In this document: one piece after another, positions 1-8,757 of the stretch
Numbering within the stretch: the first letter of the stretch is position 1
How the letters are laid out: the number at the start of each line of letters is the position of its first letter
Source of the DNA: an uncultured Acidobacteriota bacterium
GTDB taxonomy: Bacteria > Acidobacteriota > Thermoanaerobaculia > Gp7-AA8
DNA: 64,000 nucleotides
Assembly: GCA_963822445.1 (NCBI GenBank)
Contig: CAWGHO010000003.1
Location: 672,001 to 736,000, forward strand
Reading direction: 5' to 3'
The notes under the pieces: model-generated
Told to the model about the DNA's origin: nothing
Seen by the model: only the letters and a program-made list of their open reading frames with translations
The model's database searches: none
Position numbers and translations under genes: made by a program

Positions 1-399
1 AAGAACCGCACCTTCCTCCCGCACGTCCTGCCCATCCAGACCGGAACGGCGGTGCAGTTTCCGAACAGCGACGACATCCGCCATCAGGTCTATTCGTTCT
101 CGACCGCGAAGACCTTCCAGCTGCCGCTCTACAGCGGCACGCCGTCGAAGCCGATCGTGTTCGACAAGGCCGGCGTGGCCTCGCTGGGCTGCAACATCCA
201 CGACCGGATGAGCGCGTACATCGTCGTGGTCGACACGCCGCATTTCGCCGCGACCGGCAAGAGCGGCCGCGTCACGCTGTCCGATCTGCCGGCCGGCAAG
301 TACGTCGTGCAGATCTGGCATCCGCAGCTGCGCGCGGACGCCGCGCCGATCACGCTCACGGCCAGCCAACAGGCACAACTCGTGTTCGCCTTGCGTTAG
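1..399 (+). CDS. Cupredoxin-like / methylamine-utilization-type exported protein, 5' truncated by the window edge
   Basis: Frame is open from base 1 (KNRTFLPHVLPIQTGTAVQFPNSDDIRHQVYSFS); H...GCNIHDRM type-1 copper ligand pattern. Confidence 0.8.
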   Translation, partial: KNRTFLPHVLPIQTGTAVQFPNSDDIRHQVYSFSTAKTFQLPLYSGTPSKPIVFDKAGVASLGCNIHDRMSAYIVVVDTPHFAATGKSGRVTLSDLPAGKYVVQIWHPQLRADAAPITLTASQQAQLVFALR

Positions 400-406
400 G
401 GGCCTC

Positions 407-2689
407 ATGCCCATCCGCAGCTTTCAGGCAAAGCTCCTCTACCTGATGGTCGCCGTCCTGATCCTGCTTCAGGCTGCGACGCTGATCGCCGTGCATGTGG
501 CCGGGCAGAAGACGATGTTCGCGAGCATCGACGACGAGCTCCGCGTCGGCACGCGCATCGTCGACCAGATTCTGGCGAAGCAGGGCGAGCAGCTCTCCCA
601 GACCGTTCGCGTGCTCGCCTCCGATTTCGCGTTCCGCGAAGCCATTGCGCTCGGTGAAAGACCGACGATCACCTCCGCGCTCGCGAACCATGGCTCGCGC
701 ATCTCGGCCGACGTCGGATTTCTGATCTCGCTCGAGGGCGTGGTCATCGCCGATACCGTCGGCGGCCGCGTGGTCGGTCATGGCTTTCCCCGTTCCGCGC
801 TCGTTCAGGAAGCGCAGACACGTGGTGAGTCGTCGGGGATCGTCTCGCTCGATGGTCATCCGTACCAGCTGGTCGTAGTTCCGGTCCTCGGCCCGCAGCC
901 GATTGCCTGGGTCTGCATGGGATTCGAGATCGATTCGGCGATGCTGAACGAAGTCCGGCGTCTGACCGGTCTCGACGTGTCCCTTTTGAACGCCGCGGCC
1001 GGCGCCAAGCCGCTGTCGATCTCCACGCTCCCGCCGGACCAGATCGGCGCCGACGGCTATCGCTCGCGTTCCCATCCGCTGACCACCGCGGACAACTCGC
1101 GGATCAACACGCTGCTGCAGCGCTCGATCGAAGAAGCGTCCCATCCGTATCGCCAACTCGAACTGCGGATCGCCGGGCTGTCGACGATGGCCCTGATCGT
1201 CGCGCTGATCGCGGCGAGTCTCTTCGCGCGCGGCGTCAGCCGTCCGCTGGAACAGCTCGCGGAAGGGGCGGCGCGCATCGAGCGAGGCGACTACGCGGAG
1301 CCGGTGGACATCCGCCAGCGCGACGAGATCGGACGGCTGGCCACTGCCTTCGACAAGATGCGCACTGGTATCGCGGAGCGCGAGGAGCAGATCCGTTATC
1401 AGGCCCTGCACGACGCGCTGACCGGCCTTCCCAATCGCGTGCTGTTCATGGAGCGATTGCACGAGGCGGTGATCCGCGCGAAGCGCTCGCAGCAGATGGT
1501 GGCGATCATCATCATGGATCTCGATCGCTTCAAGGAGATCAACGACACGCTCGGCCATCACTTCGGCGACGAGTTGCTGAAGGAGATCGGCCAGCGGCTG
1601 CTCGACCTGCTGCGCGATACCGAAACGGTGGCGCGTCTCGGCGGCGACGAGTTCGCGGTGACGTTCTACGTGAGCGAGGCCGCCCGTGCCGCGGACATGG
1701 CCCGCCGGGTGTGCGACGCGCTCGAAGCGCCGTTCGTGCTCGCCGGCGTGTCCATCGAAGTTGCGGCGAGCATGGGCATTGCCGTCTGTCCGCTGCACGC
1801 CGACGATGCGGAGACGCTGATGAAGCGCGCCGACGTGGCGATGTACGACGCGAAGGAGACCCACAGTGCATACGCCATGTACGCGCCGGGTCGCGACGAG
1901 CATTCACTGCGCAGGCTGGCGATGCTGTCCGAGTTGCGTAACGCCATCGCCCGCGATGAATTGACGCTTCACTATCAGCCCAAGGTTGGCGTGAGTGACG
2001 AGAGCGTGCATGCCGAGGCGCTGGTGCGGTGGCGGCATCCGGTGCATGGGATCATGCGGCCGGATGAATTCATCCCGTTGGCCGAGCAATCGGGCAACAT
2101 CGGGATGATCACGAAATGGGTGCTGCGCAAGGCCATCACGGATTGCGGAGCGTGGAACGCGGCCGGACTGGATATCAGCGTCGCCGTGAATCTCTCGGCG
2201 CTCGATCTGTTCGACACGAAACTGCCGACCTACATCGATGGCCTGCTGACCGAGGCCGCGCTTCCGCCGTCGAAGGTGGTGCTGGAGATCACCGAGAGCG
2301 CGGTCATGAAGGATCCCGTGCACGCGGCGAAGATCCTCCGCGATCTGAAACGCCGCGGGGTGAAGCTGGCCATCGATGATTACGGCACGGGCTACTCGTC
2401 GCTCGCGCACCTGAAGCGGCTGCCGGTCGACGAGCTGAAGATCGACAAGTCGTTCGTAATGCATCTGCGGAATGCCTCGACGCAGGACCTCCTCATCATC
2501 CGCTCGACGATCGACCTCGGCCACAACATGGGCCTGAAGGTGATCGCGGAAGGGGTGGAGGATGCCGAGGCGTTGCAGATCCTGCGGGAGCTCGGGTGCG
2601 ACATGGCCCAGGGTTACTACATCAGCCCGCCGCTGCCGATTGCGGAGCTGCAGGAGTGGTTCAAGACGTTCGCGCTGGCGCGGGTGTGA
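407..2689 (+). CDS. Membrane diguanylate cyclase/phosphodiesterase (Cache-like sensor, HAMP, GGDEF, EAL)
   Basis: Two TM segments, HAMP (DEIGRLATAF), HDALTGLPNR, RLGGDEF, EAL, IDDYGTGYSS, AEGVE. Confidence 0.95.
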   Translation: MPIRSFQAKLLYLMVAVLILLQAATLIAVHVAGQKTMFASIDDELRVGTRIVDQILAKQGEQLSQTVRVLASDFAFREAIALGERPTITSALANHGSRISADVGFLISLEGVVIADTVGGRVVGHGFPRSALVQEAQTRGESSGIVSLDGHPYQLVVVPVLGPQPIAWVCMGFEIDSAMLNEVRRLTGLDVSLLNAAAGAKPLSISTLPPDQIGADGYRSRSHPLTTADNSRINTLLQRSIEEASHPYRQLELRIAGLSTMALIVALIAASLFARGVSRPLEQLAEGAARIERGDYAEPVDIRQRDEIGRLATAFDKMRTGIAEREEQIRYQALHDALTGLPNRVLFMERLHEAVIRAKRSQQMVAIIIMDLDRFKEINDTLGHHFGDELLKEIGQRLLDLLRDTETVARLGGDEFAVTFYVSEAARAADMARRVCDALEAPFVLAGVSIEVAASMGIAVCPLHADDAETLMKRADVAMYDAKETHSAYAMYAPGRDEHSLRRLAMLSELRNAIARDELTLHYQPKVGVSDESVHAEALVRWRHPVHGIMRPDEFIPLAEQSGNIGMITKWVLRKAITDCGAWNAAGLDISVAVNLSALDLFDTKLPTYIDGLLTEAALPPSKVVLEITESAVMKDPVHAAKILRDLKRRGVKLAIDDYGTGYSSLAHLKRLPVDELKIDKSFVMHLRNASTQDLLIIRSTIDLGHNMGLKVIAEGVEDAEALQILRELGCDMAQGYYISPPLPIAELQEWFKTFALARV

Positions 2690-2737
2690 GAGCCGGCGGG
2701 ACGCCGGCGGACCAGCCGGCGAGGACGCCAGCGCTCC
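2690..2737. repeat. REP-like GC hairpin element between convergent genes
   Basis: gccggcgggacgccggc...gccggcgaggacgccagcgctcc; same GGACGCC hairpin style as the other REP-like elements in the window. Confidence 0.5.
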
Positions 2738-2749
2738 AAAACGCCGGCT

Positions 2750-3760
2750 CTACCGCAGCCTTCCGCCCACACTCACGATCACCGTCGGCCCCTGCGTGAA
2801 CGCATCGCCTTCGGTCAGCGTGCGCTGCGAAATCGGATGACGAACATCCGCGCTAAGTGAGAACGCCTCGAGGTTGAGCGTCACACCCGCGGCAACACTC
2901 GTCGCAACGAGCCCCGTATTCTCATCGCGCAGGTCATCCCAGTACCCATACCCCTGGGCAAAGGCCGTCCCCTCCGCGCGGATCCGCACGCGATCGGACA
3001 CGCGCTGCGACACGTGCACGCTCAGCGCGCCGTCGGGTGGCGCACGAAAGCCGCGGCGATTTTCGTAAATCGGCAGGCGCGCGTTCATCGATGCACCGGC
3101 GGTGAGGCGATCGGTGATCGGCGTCGAGTAGCTTGCCTCGAAGAGCGGATCAATGGTGCCGGTGCCGAACTGGATGTGCAGATGCTCGCGGCCTTGTTCG
3201 CCGAGGAGGTAGGGGTTTTCGACGGTGGCGCCGGTGGGGAGCGTGGCGCCGAGCGAGACATTCAGCCTCGTCCAGCGCCGGCGGGCGAGGAACATCAGAT
3301 CGCTGATGCCGCGCAGCGTCGCCGTGCGGTGATGCAGATCGATGTTCCGTTGCATCGCGGCCTGGTCTTCGGCAGATGCCGCATCGACGACGCCCAGTCC
3401 GGAGCGTTGTTCCTTCTGCTCCCACGGAACGCGCGCGATCAGGTCCCACTCCGGCGTCAGCGTGTATTGCAGGCCGAGCTCGACGCGCAGGTAATCCAGC
3501 GAGGTCTCGTGGCGATACAGCGGCACCGGTACCGGCGCGCCGGAAGACGTGTTCCCGGTTCGCGAGAAATGCCCTCCCTTGAAATCACTTCCGTAAAGCG
3601 TGGTCAGGGAGAACCGGATTGCGCCTGGAGCCAACCCGGGCTCCAACCCGCGATCGCCGCCGCGCGGGATCGCAGGATTGCTTCAGGCCGGTCACGTCTG
3701 GCCGGTCGCGGCGGGCGTGATGACGAAGATCGCCAGCGCCGCCAGCAACACCCGGATCAC
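2750..3760 (-). CDS. Putative selenoprotein: outer-membrane barrel 'transporter' (MetA/SphA-like) with N-terminal UxxU motif, 336 aa with readthrough
   Basis: GTG at 3760 overlaps the upstream stop (GTGA); reads MIRVLLAALAIFVITPAATGQT-TGA-PA-TGA-SNPAIPRGGDRG-LEPGL, in frame with ORF 2750..3646; amphipathic beta strands and QFGTGTIDP motif; SECIS-like hairpin follows. Confidence 0.8.
3644..3680 (-). promoter_or_regulatory. Candidate bacterial SECIS element
   Basis: Minus strand CAAUCC(U)GCGAUC-CCGC-GCG-GCGG-(C)-GAUCGCGGGUUG pairs by eye into a long bulged hairpin; apical loop begins with G, 19 nt after the second UGA and 28 nt after the first. Confidence 0.65.
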
Positions 3761-4410
3761 CGAGTGCGCCTCGCGATGAGCGCTTTGATCTTGTCGATGT
3801 CGTTGCCGACGACCTCGCCGATGAACTTTCCATCCGGGCCGTACACGCGAACGTAGGGAAGGGCGGCGAGCTTGAATTCCTTCGTGGCCTGTTTCGCCGC
3901 CGCCGATTCCCAGTTCTGCAGATCGATCGTCCGCAAGGCGACGTTGGCGTTGTCCTTTACCAGATGCTCGATCTTCGGCGTGAGCACGTGGCAGGGACCG
4001 CACCATTCCGCCCAGAAATCGACGATCGTGAACTTGCCGCGGACGAGATGGTCGCGCAGGACGAAGGCCTCGCCATTCGAGGCGACCTTGATGTCCAGCG
4101 CGGCGCGCTCCTGCGGCGTGAGGCGGGCGCGGACGACGTCACCCGCGAAGGTAGCTTCGAATCCGAATTTGCCGAGCGCGGCGCGGATCTCCGCGGGAGC
4201 GACGAGTCGCGTCGATTCGACGCGGCCGCGTTTCATCGCGTAGGTCACGTCGACGTTCGTCACGCCGGGAAGCTTCTTGAGTGCGTCGGATGCCGTAGCC
4301 GAGCATCCATCGCAGGAGAGTCCGGCCACGTCGAACTCCGAGACGAACGTCTGCGCGCCGGCGGTCAGAGCCGTCAGCGTGAGAAAGGCGATCGTTGCCA
4401 GGGTTCGCAT
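3757..4410 (-). CDS. Exported heavy-metal-associated (HMA/MerP-like) domain fused to thioredoxin
   Basis: ATG 4410, signal peptide MRTLATIAFLTLTALTAGA, HMA motif GLSCDGC, thioredoxin motif DFWAEWCGPC. Confidence 0.9.
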   Translation of the reverse strand: MRTLATIAFLTLTALTAGAQTFVSEFDVAGLSCDGCSATASDALKKLPGVTNVDVTYAMKRGRVESTRLVAPAEIRAALGKFGFEATFAGDVVRARLTPQERAALDIKVASNGEAFVLRDHLVRGKFTIVDFWAEWCGPCHVLTPKIEHLVKDNANVALRTIDLQNWESAAAKQATKEFKLAALPYVRVYGPDGKFIGEVVGNDIDKIKALIARRTR

Positions 4411-4455
4411 GCTCCCGGCGTAACCGGTGCGGATGCCACTTAGTATTCCCGGCGC

Positions 4456-6819
4456 ATGGCGTTGCTCCTCTACCTCGCGACCGCGCTGGTGATCCTCTGG
4501 CTCGCGCACCGGTTCATCAGGCCGATCTCTCGCGCGGCCGCGATGGTGCTGCTCGCACTGCCGTTCGCGATCGCGGGCTACGCGCTCATCACCAGCGGCG
4601 TGTACGGCCCCGTCGATCATCCATATCAATACCCGCCGCTCTCCGCGCTCGCGGAGGAGCACGGCATCGGACCGGCCCGAAACGCCTCGGCCATCGACAT
4701 CTGGAGCGAGTTCTATCCCTGGCGGCTGGCGGTGAAGGAGTCGCTGGCGCGCGGGGAGTGGCCGCTGTGGAACGCGTACAACCTGGCCGGTCATCCGCTC
4801 GCGGCCGAAGCGCAGTCGGCGCCGTTCTCGCCGTTCACGCTGCTCGCCTGTCTGCTGCCGGCGATGCTGAGCTGGACCTACTCGCTGGCCATCGTCCTCT
4901 TCATCGCCGCCCTCGGCGCATTCCTCTTCGCGCGCGAGCTCGGATGCGGCGAAGGGGCCTCGCTCGTCGCCGCGATCGGCTGGGGCCTGGCCTCCTGCAC
5001 CGGCTCGCGACTGACGGCGATGGGTTTTTCGACCGCGTACGCCCCCATGCTCCTCGCGGCCGTCCGCCGTGTAGTGTGGGCCTCCGGCCTACCTTCTTCG
5101 GTTTCTTCCGGCGCGTTCCTGACCGTGACCCTCACCCTCACTCTCCTCGAAGGCCACCCCGAGTCCCTCTTCCTCAACGTTCTCGTCGGCTCTGCTTACG
5201 CACTCTTCGAACTAATCCGCCGCCGCGCCGCCCCCTGGCGCGCGATCGCAACAGCCGTTGCCGCAGGCGCAATCACCCTGCTCCTCTGCGCGATTGCCTT
5301 GCTGCCGCTCCTCGAAGCGATTCCCCAGTCGCACGAGTACCTGGTGAAGAGCGATGCTCTCGCCGACGTCCCGCGCGGTCTGCCGAATCGCCACGTTGCG
5401 GCGGCGCTGGCCACGAATCTCTTTCCCTATCTCCAGGTCCGTCACTGGCTGAAGCCGGACGCCGGCTACGTCGCGCCGGAAACGACGCCGGTGGGCAGCA
5501 TCATCCTCGCGCTGTCGATCTACGCGGTCTGGCGCAGACGATCACCGGAAACGTGGTTCTTCGCCGGTCTGGCCGTGTTCTGCCTGCTGACCGGAGCGCG
5601 CTGGGCGCCGATCGCGGACACGCTGCACAAGCTCCCGCTGCTGAACATCACCTTTCATGACCGTCTCGCTTTTCACGGCGCAATCTGCCTGATCGTGCTG
5701 GCCGCGCTCGGCGTCGAGCATTGCCTGCGAACGAACGACCGCCGCGCGGTGATGTTCACCATGCTGGCGACACTCGCTTTCGTCATCGCCGGCACGTTCT
5801 GGCTGCAAACCAACACCATCCTCGCCACCACCGCCGCCGACTACGGCCGCTATCGCATCCTCGGCGAAATCGTCTTTCTCGCAGCGGCGACGTTGTTGCT
5901 CGCGTCGCGATCGCGCGTGTTGCTGCCGGCGCTGCTGGCGCTGCTGGTCGGCCAGCGCGCGCTCTCCGAGATCGACACGTTCGGGAACTTTCCGCTCAAA
6001 GCCGCTTATCCGCCGGTCGTGATGCTCGAGCCGCTGAAGCAGATTCGCGAGCCGTTCCGCATCGTGGGAGCTGGCCTTGCGCTGCCACCGGCGGTGAACA
6101 CGTTCTACGGCGTGGAAGACGTGCGCGGCTACGAGGCGCTCACGCTCGATCAGTTCGTCACGACCTGGAAGCTGTGGTGCCGGCGGCATGGGATCTGGTT
6201 CAACCGCGTCGACGATCTGACTTCGCCATTCCTGTCGCTGATGAACGTGCGCTTCGCCATTCAGTCGGACGATCTCCCGGTGCCGGTGGGCTGGCGAGTC
6301 GTTGGAAAGCAGCCAGGGGCGATGCTGCTGGAGAACGCGAACGTCATCGATCGCATCTTCGTGCCGTCGCGAGTCGTGCTTTCCGGCGCGCTTCCCGAGG
6401 AGATCGTCGACCGCATGGCGCCCGTTCGCGACTTTCGCGAGATCGCCTGGATCACCTCCCGCTCCGCCCAGCCCGAACAGCCGAACGGTCCCGGCAAAAT
6501 CACCCTGCGCTCCCGCAGCCGCGGCGGCGAATACGTCTTCGATGCGGCGATGGAGAACGACGGGTACGTGGTGATCAGCGACGCCGCATGGAAAGGCTGG
6601 CGCGCTTACGTCGACGGGCGCCGCGTTTCGCTCAATCGCGCGAACGCCGCGTTTCTGTCGGTGCTGGTGCCGAAAGGGCGGCACACGGTTCGGGTGGTGT
6701 ACATGCCTGGATCGTTCGTGCGCGGCCGGGCGATCAGCATCAGTACGCTGATGCTGATCGCCGGCGTGGCCCTGATTCGCCGTTACGGCAAAGACACGTT
6801 GTTCAGAGCGAGGGGATAG
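4456..6819 (+). CDS. YfhO family membrane glycosyltransferase (GT-C), paralogue 1
   Basis: GEWPLWNAYNLAGHPL motif, many TM helices, C-terminal GWRAYVDG...V.VP.G.H.V...Y.P motif. Confidence 0.9.
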   Translation: MALLLYLATALVILWLAHRFIRPISRAAAMVLLALPFAIAGYALITSGVYGPVDHPYQYPPLSALAEEHGIGPARNASAIDIWSEFYPWRLAVKESLARGEWPLWNAYNLAGHPLAAEAQSAPFSPFTLLACLLPAMLSWTYSLAIVLFIAALGAFLFARELGCGEGASLVAAIGWGLASCTGSRLTAMGFSTAYAPMLLAAVRRVVWASGLPSSVSSGAFLTVTLTLTLLEGHPESLFLNVLVGSAYALFELIRRRAAPWRAIATAVAAGAITLLLCAIALLPLLEAIPQSHEYLVKSDALADVPRGLPNRHVAAALATNLFPYLQVRHWLKPDAGYVAPETTPVGSIILALSIYAVWRRRSPETWFFAGLAVFCLLTGARWAPIADTLHKLPLLNITFHDRLAFHGAICLIVLAALGVEHCLRTNDRRAVMFTMLATLAFVIAGTFWLQTNTILATTAADYGRYRILGEIVFLAAATLLLASRSRVLLPALLALLVGQRALSEIDTFGNFPLKAAYPPVVMLEPLKQIREPFRIVGAGLALPPAVNTFYGVEDVRGYEALTLDQFVTTWKLWCRRHGIWFNRVDDLTSPFLSLMNVRFAIQSDDLPVPVGWRVVGKQPGAMLLENANVIDRIFVPSRVVLSGALPEEIVDRMAPVRDFREIAWITSRSAQPEQPNGPGKITLRSRSRGGEYVFDAAMENDGYVVISDAAWKGWRAYVDGRRVSLNRANAAFLSVLVPKGRHTVRVVYMPGSFVRGRAISISTLMLIAGVALIRRYGKDTLFRARG

Positions 6820-7625
6820 CGCACCAGGTTCTTCGAAGTGCGCATGCTCACCCGCAGTTTCCAGTCGGGCTGGGGCTTGCCCGCCCACGTCGAAAGCTTG
6901 GTCATCCCTTCATCGTCGATGACCGACACCATCTGCACTTCGCCGGCGCCGTCGATGTAGCTGATGTCCTGGATGCGCTTGTTCGGATCCTTGATCCGGA
7001 CCATGACGTCGTTCTCGGACGCGCCCATGAACATGCCTTCGAGGAACTGCTTGAGCATGTTCGCCAGGTCTTCGCCTTCGAATCCCATCTCCGCGTACTC
7101 TTTTTTCTTCTCGTCGGAGCGTTTCTTCTTCTCAGCCTCGAGCTGCGCGGGCGTCACGAGGGAGATCTCCACGCCGTTCGCCTTGAGGGCCTTGTGAGCG
7201 AGCGGCTTCCCGGACTGCGGAAGGAACTTCGCAACTTCGGCAATGCTGTTCGGATCCTTCGCCGGCATGAACAGCTCGATCTCGCCGCGCACTTCTTTGA
7301 TGCTCATCGCTTTGCGATCGGGATTCTTGAGCGTGACCGACACCGCGGCCGGACGGTCCGGCTGTCCACCACGGTTCGTCTCGAACTGAGGCTCCTTCGC
7401 CTCGGGATCGAGAAGATCGCGGCCGGTCTCATCGACGGCCTTCGTCAGAAGGACACGCGACGCCGCGACGTCCGACGATTTGATCTTCGGCATCTCCACG
7501 GAGATGGCCAGCTGGGCGAAGAAGCCGTTGGTCCGGCGATCGTTGACCTGGCGCACGACGAGCGATTCCTGCGCGGCGACGGCCGTACTGGAGAGAACGA
7601 GAGTGAGAGCGATCAGCGTCTTCAT
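6783..7625 (-). CDS. Secreted hypothetical protein (paralogue of adjacent gene)
   Basis: Signal peptide; aligns by eye with 7622..8518; ATGA overlap. Confidence 0.85.
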   Translation of the reverse strand: MKTLIALTLVLSSTAVAAQESLVVRQVNDRRTNGFFAQLAISVEMPKIKSSDVAASRVLLTKAVDETGRDLLDPEAKEPQFETNRGGQPDRPAAVSVTLKNPDRKAMSIKEVRGEIELFMPAKDPNSIAEVAKFLPQSGKPLAHKALKANGVEISLVTPAQLEAEKKKRSDEKKKEYAEMGFEGEDLANMLKQFLEGMFMGASENDVMVRIKDPNKRIQDISYIDGAGEVQMVSVIDDEGMTKLSTWAGKPQPDWKLRVSMRTSKNLVRYPLALNNVSLP

Positions 7626-8518
7626 GGCAATTGCACCTTCAGGTCGAACGGAAAGGAGGCCCTGGCCTTGTCGGTGACCATCTGGATCTCCAGCCTGGCG
7701 TCGGCAGGGATGGGCTCGGAGAGATTGAGGGTCATCAGCGCGGACTCGCCGCGCGTGCTCGTGGAACGGCCGGAGGTGTTCATCGGCTTGCCGTCGCTGC
7801 CGAGGACCTCGATGCGGAAGATGCGGTCGAAGTCGGCTTTCTTGCCGGAGAGGACCACCGCCCCTTCCGGATAGCCGCTGTCCATCGACTCGAAGGCCTT
7901 GGCCATTTCGATGGCCAGCTCGATCTCCTTCGCATCGACGCCGCGCGCTTTTCCTTCGGCGCGGATCTTCTCGATGTCTTCCGCGGTGATCGTCCGCGCT
8001 TTCTTCGCAGCCTCGTAACCCTCACGCGAAAGCGGCGTGATCTCCAGCTTCGCCGCCTTGAGCGCCTTCGAGGAAAACGGCACGTCGAGCTTCGCGAGAG
8101 GCTTGTCTATTTTCACACTGGCGTTCGGATCCTTGCCGGGAACGTAAAGCTCGACGGTTCCTTTCAAGCGAACCGACGTGGCCTTGCGCTCCGGCTGGCC
8201 GACCGACATCTGCAACGTCCCGCTGTTGTAGTCGCGTGGCATGAAGTCGGGGATGTCCGGATTGGCTTTGAGAAGGTTCTTGCCGCTGTCGTCTTTGGCT
8301 TCCTTGACGATCACGCGCGCGGCTGTGGCTTTGTCGAGTCCGGAGCCGGTGAGCTTGACCCGCAGATCGAGGCCGCCGGCCATCTGAAATCCGCCCGTGT
8401 CGCTGGACGACACGCGGTTGTCGACGACATCGTCGACTTCCACGCCTACGCCGGATTGTCCGTGCGCGGCCGTGGTGAGAAGGAGAAGGAGCCCGAGAAC
8501 GAAGGTTGCCCGCATCAA
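7622..8518 (-). CDS. Secreted hypothetical protein
   Basis: Signal peptide ending AHG; GAGGTG RBS; long open frame with typical codon usage. Confidence 0.85.
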   Translation of the reverse strand: MMRATFVLGLLLLLTTAAHGQSGVGVEVDDVVDNRVSSSDTGGFQMAGGLDLRVKLTGSGLDKATAARVIVKEAKDDSGKNLLKANPDIPDFMPRDYNSGTLQMSVGQPERKATSVRLKGTVELYVPGKDPNASVKIDKPLAKLDVPFSSKALKAAKLEITPLSREGYEAAKKARTITAEDIEKIRAEGKARGVDAKEIELAIEMAKAFESMDSGYPEGAVVLSGKKADFDRIFRIEVLGSDGKPMNTSGRSTSTRGESALMTLNLSEPIPADARLEIQMVTDKARASFPFDLKVQLP

Positions 8519-8584
8519 TCACCTCTTTTGTTGAGGAGGGGAAGATACGACCTGGACGGCTGCGCGACCGTGCGTGGGGTCACA

Positions 8585-8741
8585 AGGGGACGACGAGGGG
8601 CCTCCGGCGGGCCGGCACGGCCGGCAGCGCTGATGTTCGCGTGAACGCGACTCGCGCTAACTACCGCGAGCGCGGCAGAAGGCACAACCAGCGCCTGCCG
8701 GCCCGTGGCCGGCCCGCCGGAGGCCTCCCGGTCGTATCCCT
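8585..8741. repeat. About 155-bp long-inverted-repeat (MITE-like) element, copy 1
   Basis: Arms ggcctccggcgggccggc...gccggcccgccggaggcc; core gcgtgaacgcga...ggcagaaggcacaaccagcgcc shared with copies at 15978 and 50667. Confidence 0.85.
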
Positions 8742-8757
8742 GGTGCAAAATGCGCGG

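Noticed and set aside
3683-3694. The two TGAs as sequencing errors or pseudogene stops
   Set aside because: Other suspected errors here are indels; two TGA substitutions at CxxC spacing with a hairpin behind them and no other lesion is unlikely, though not excluded without reads.
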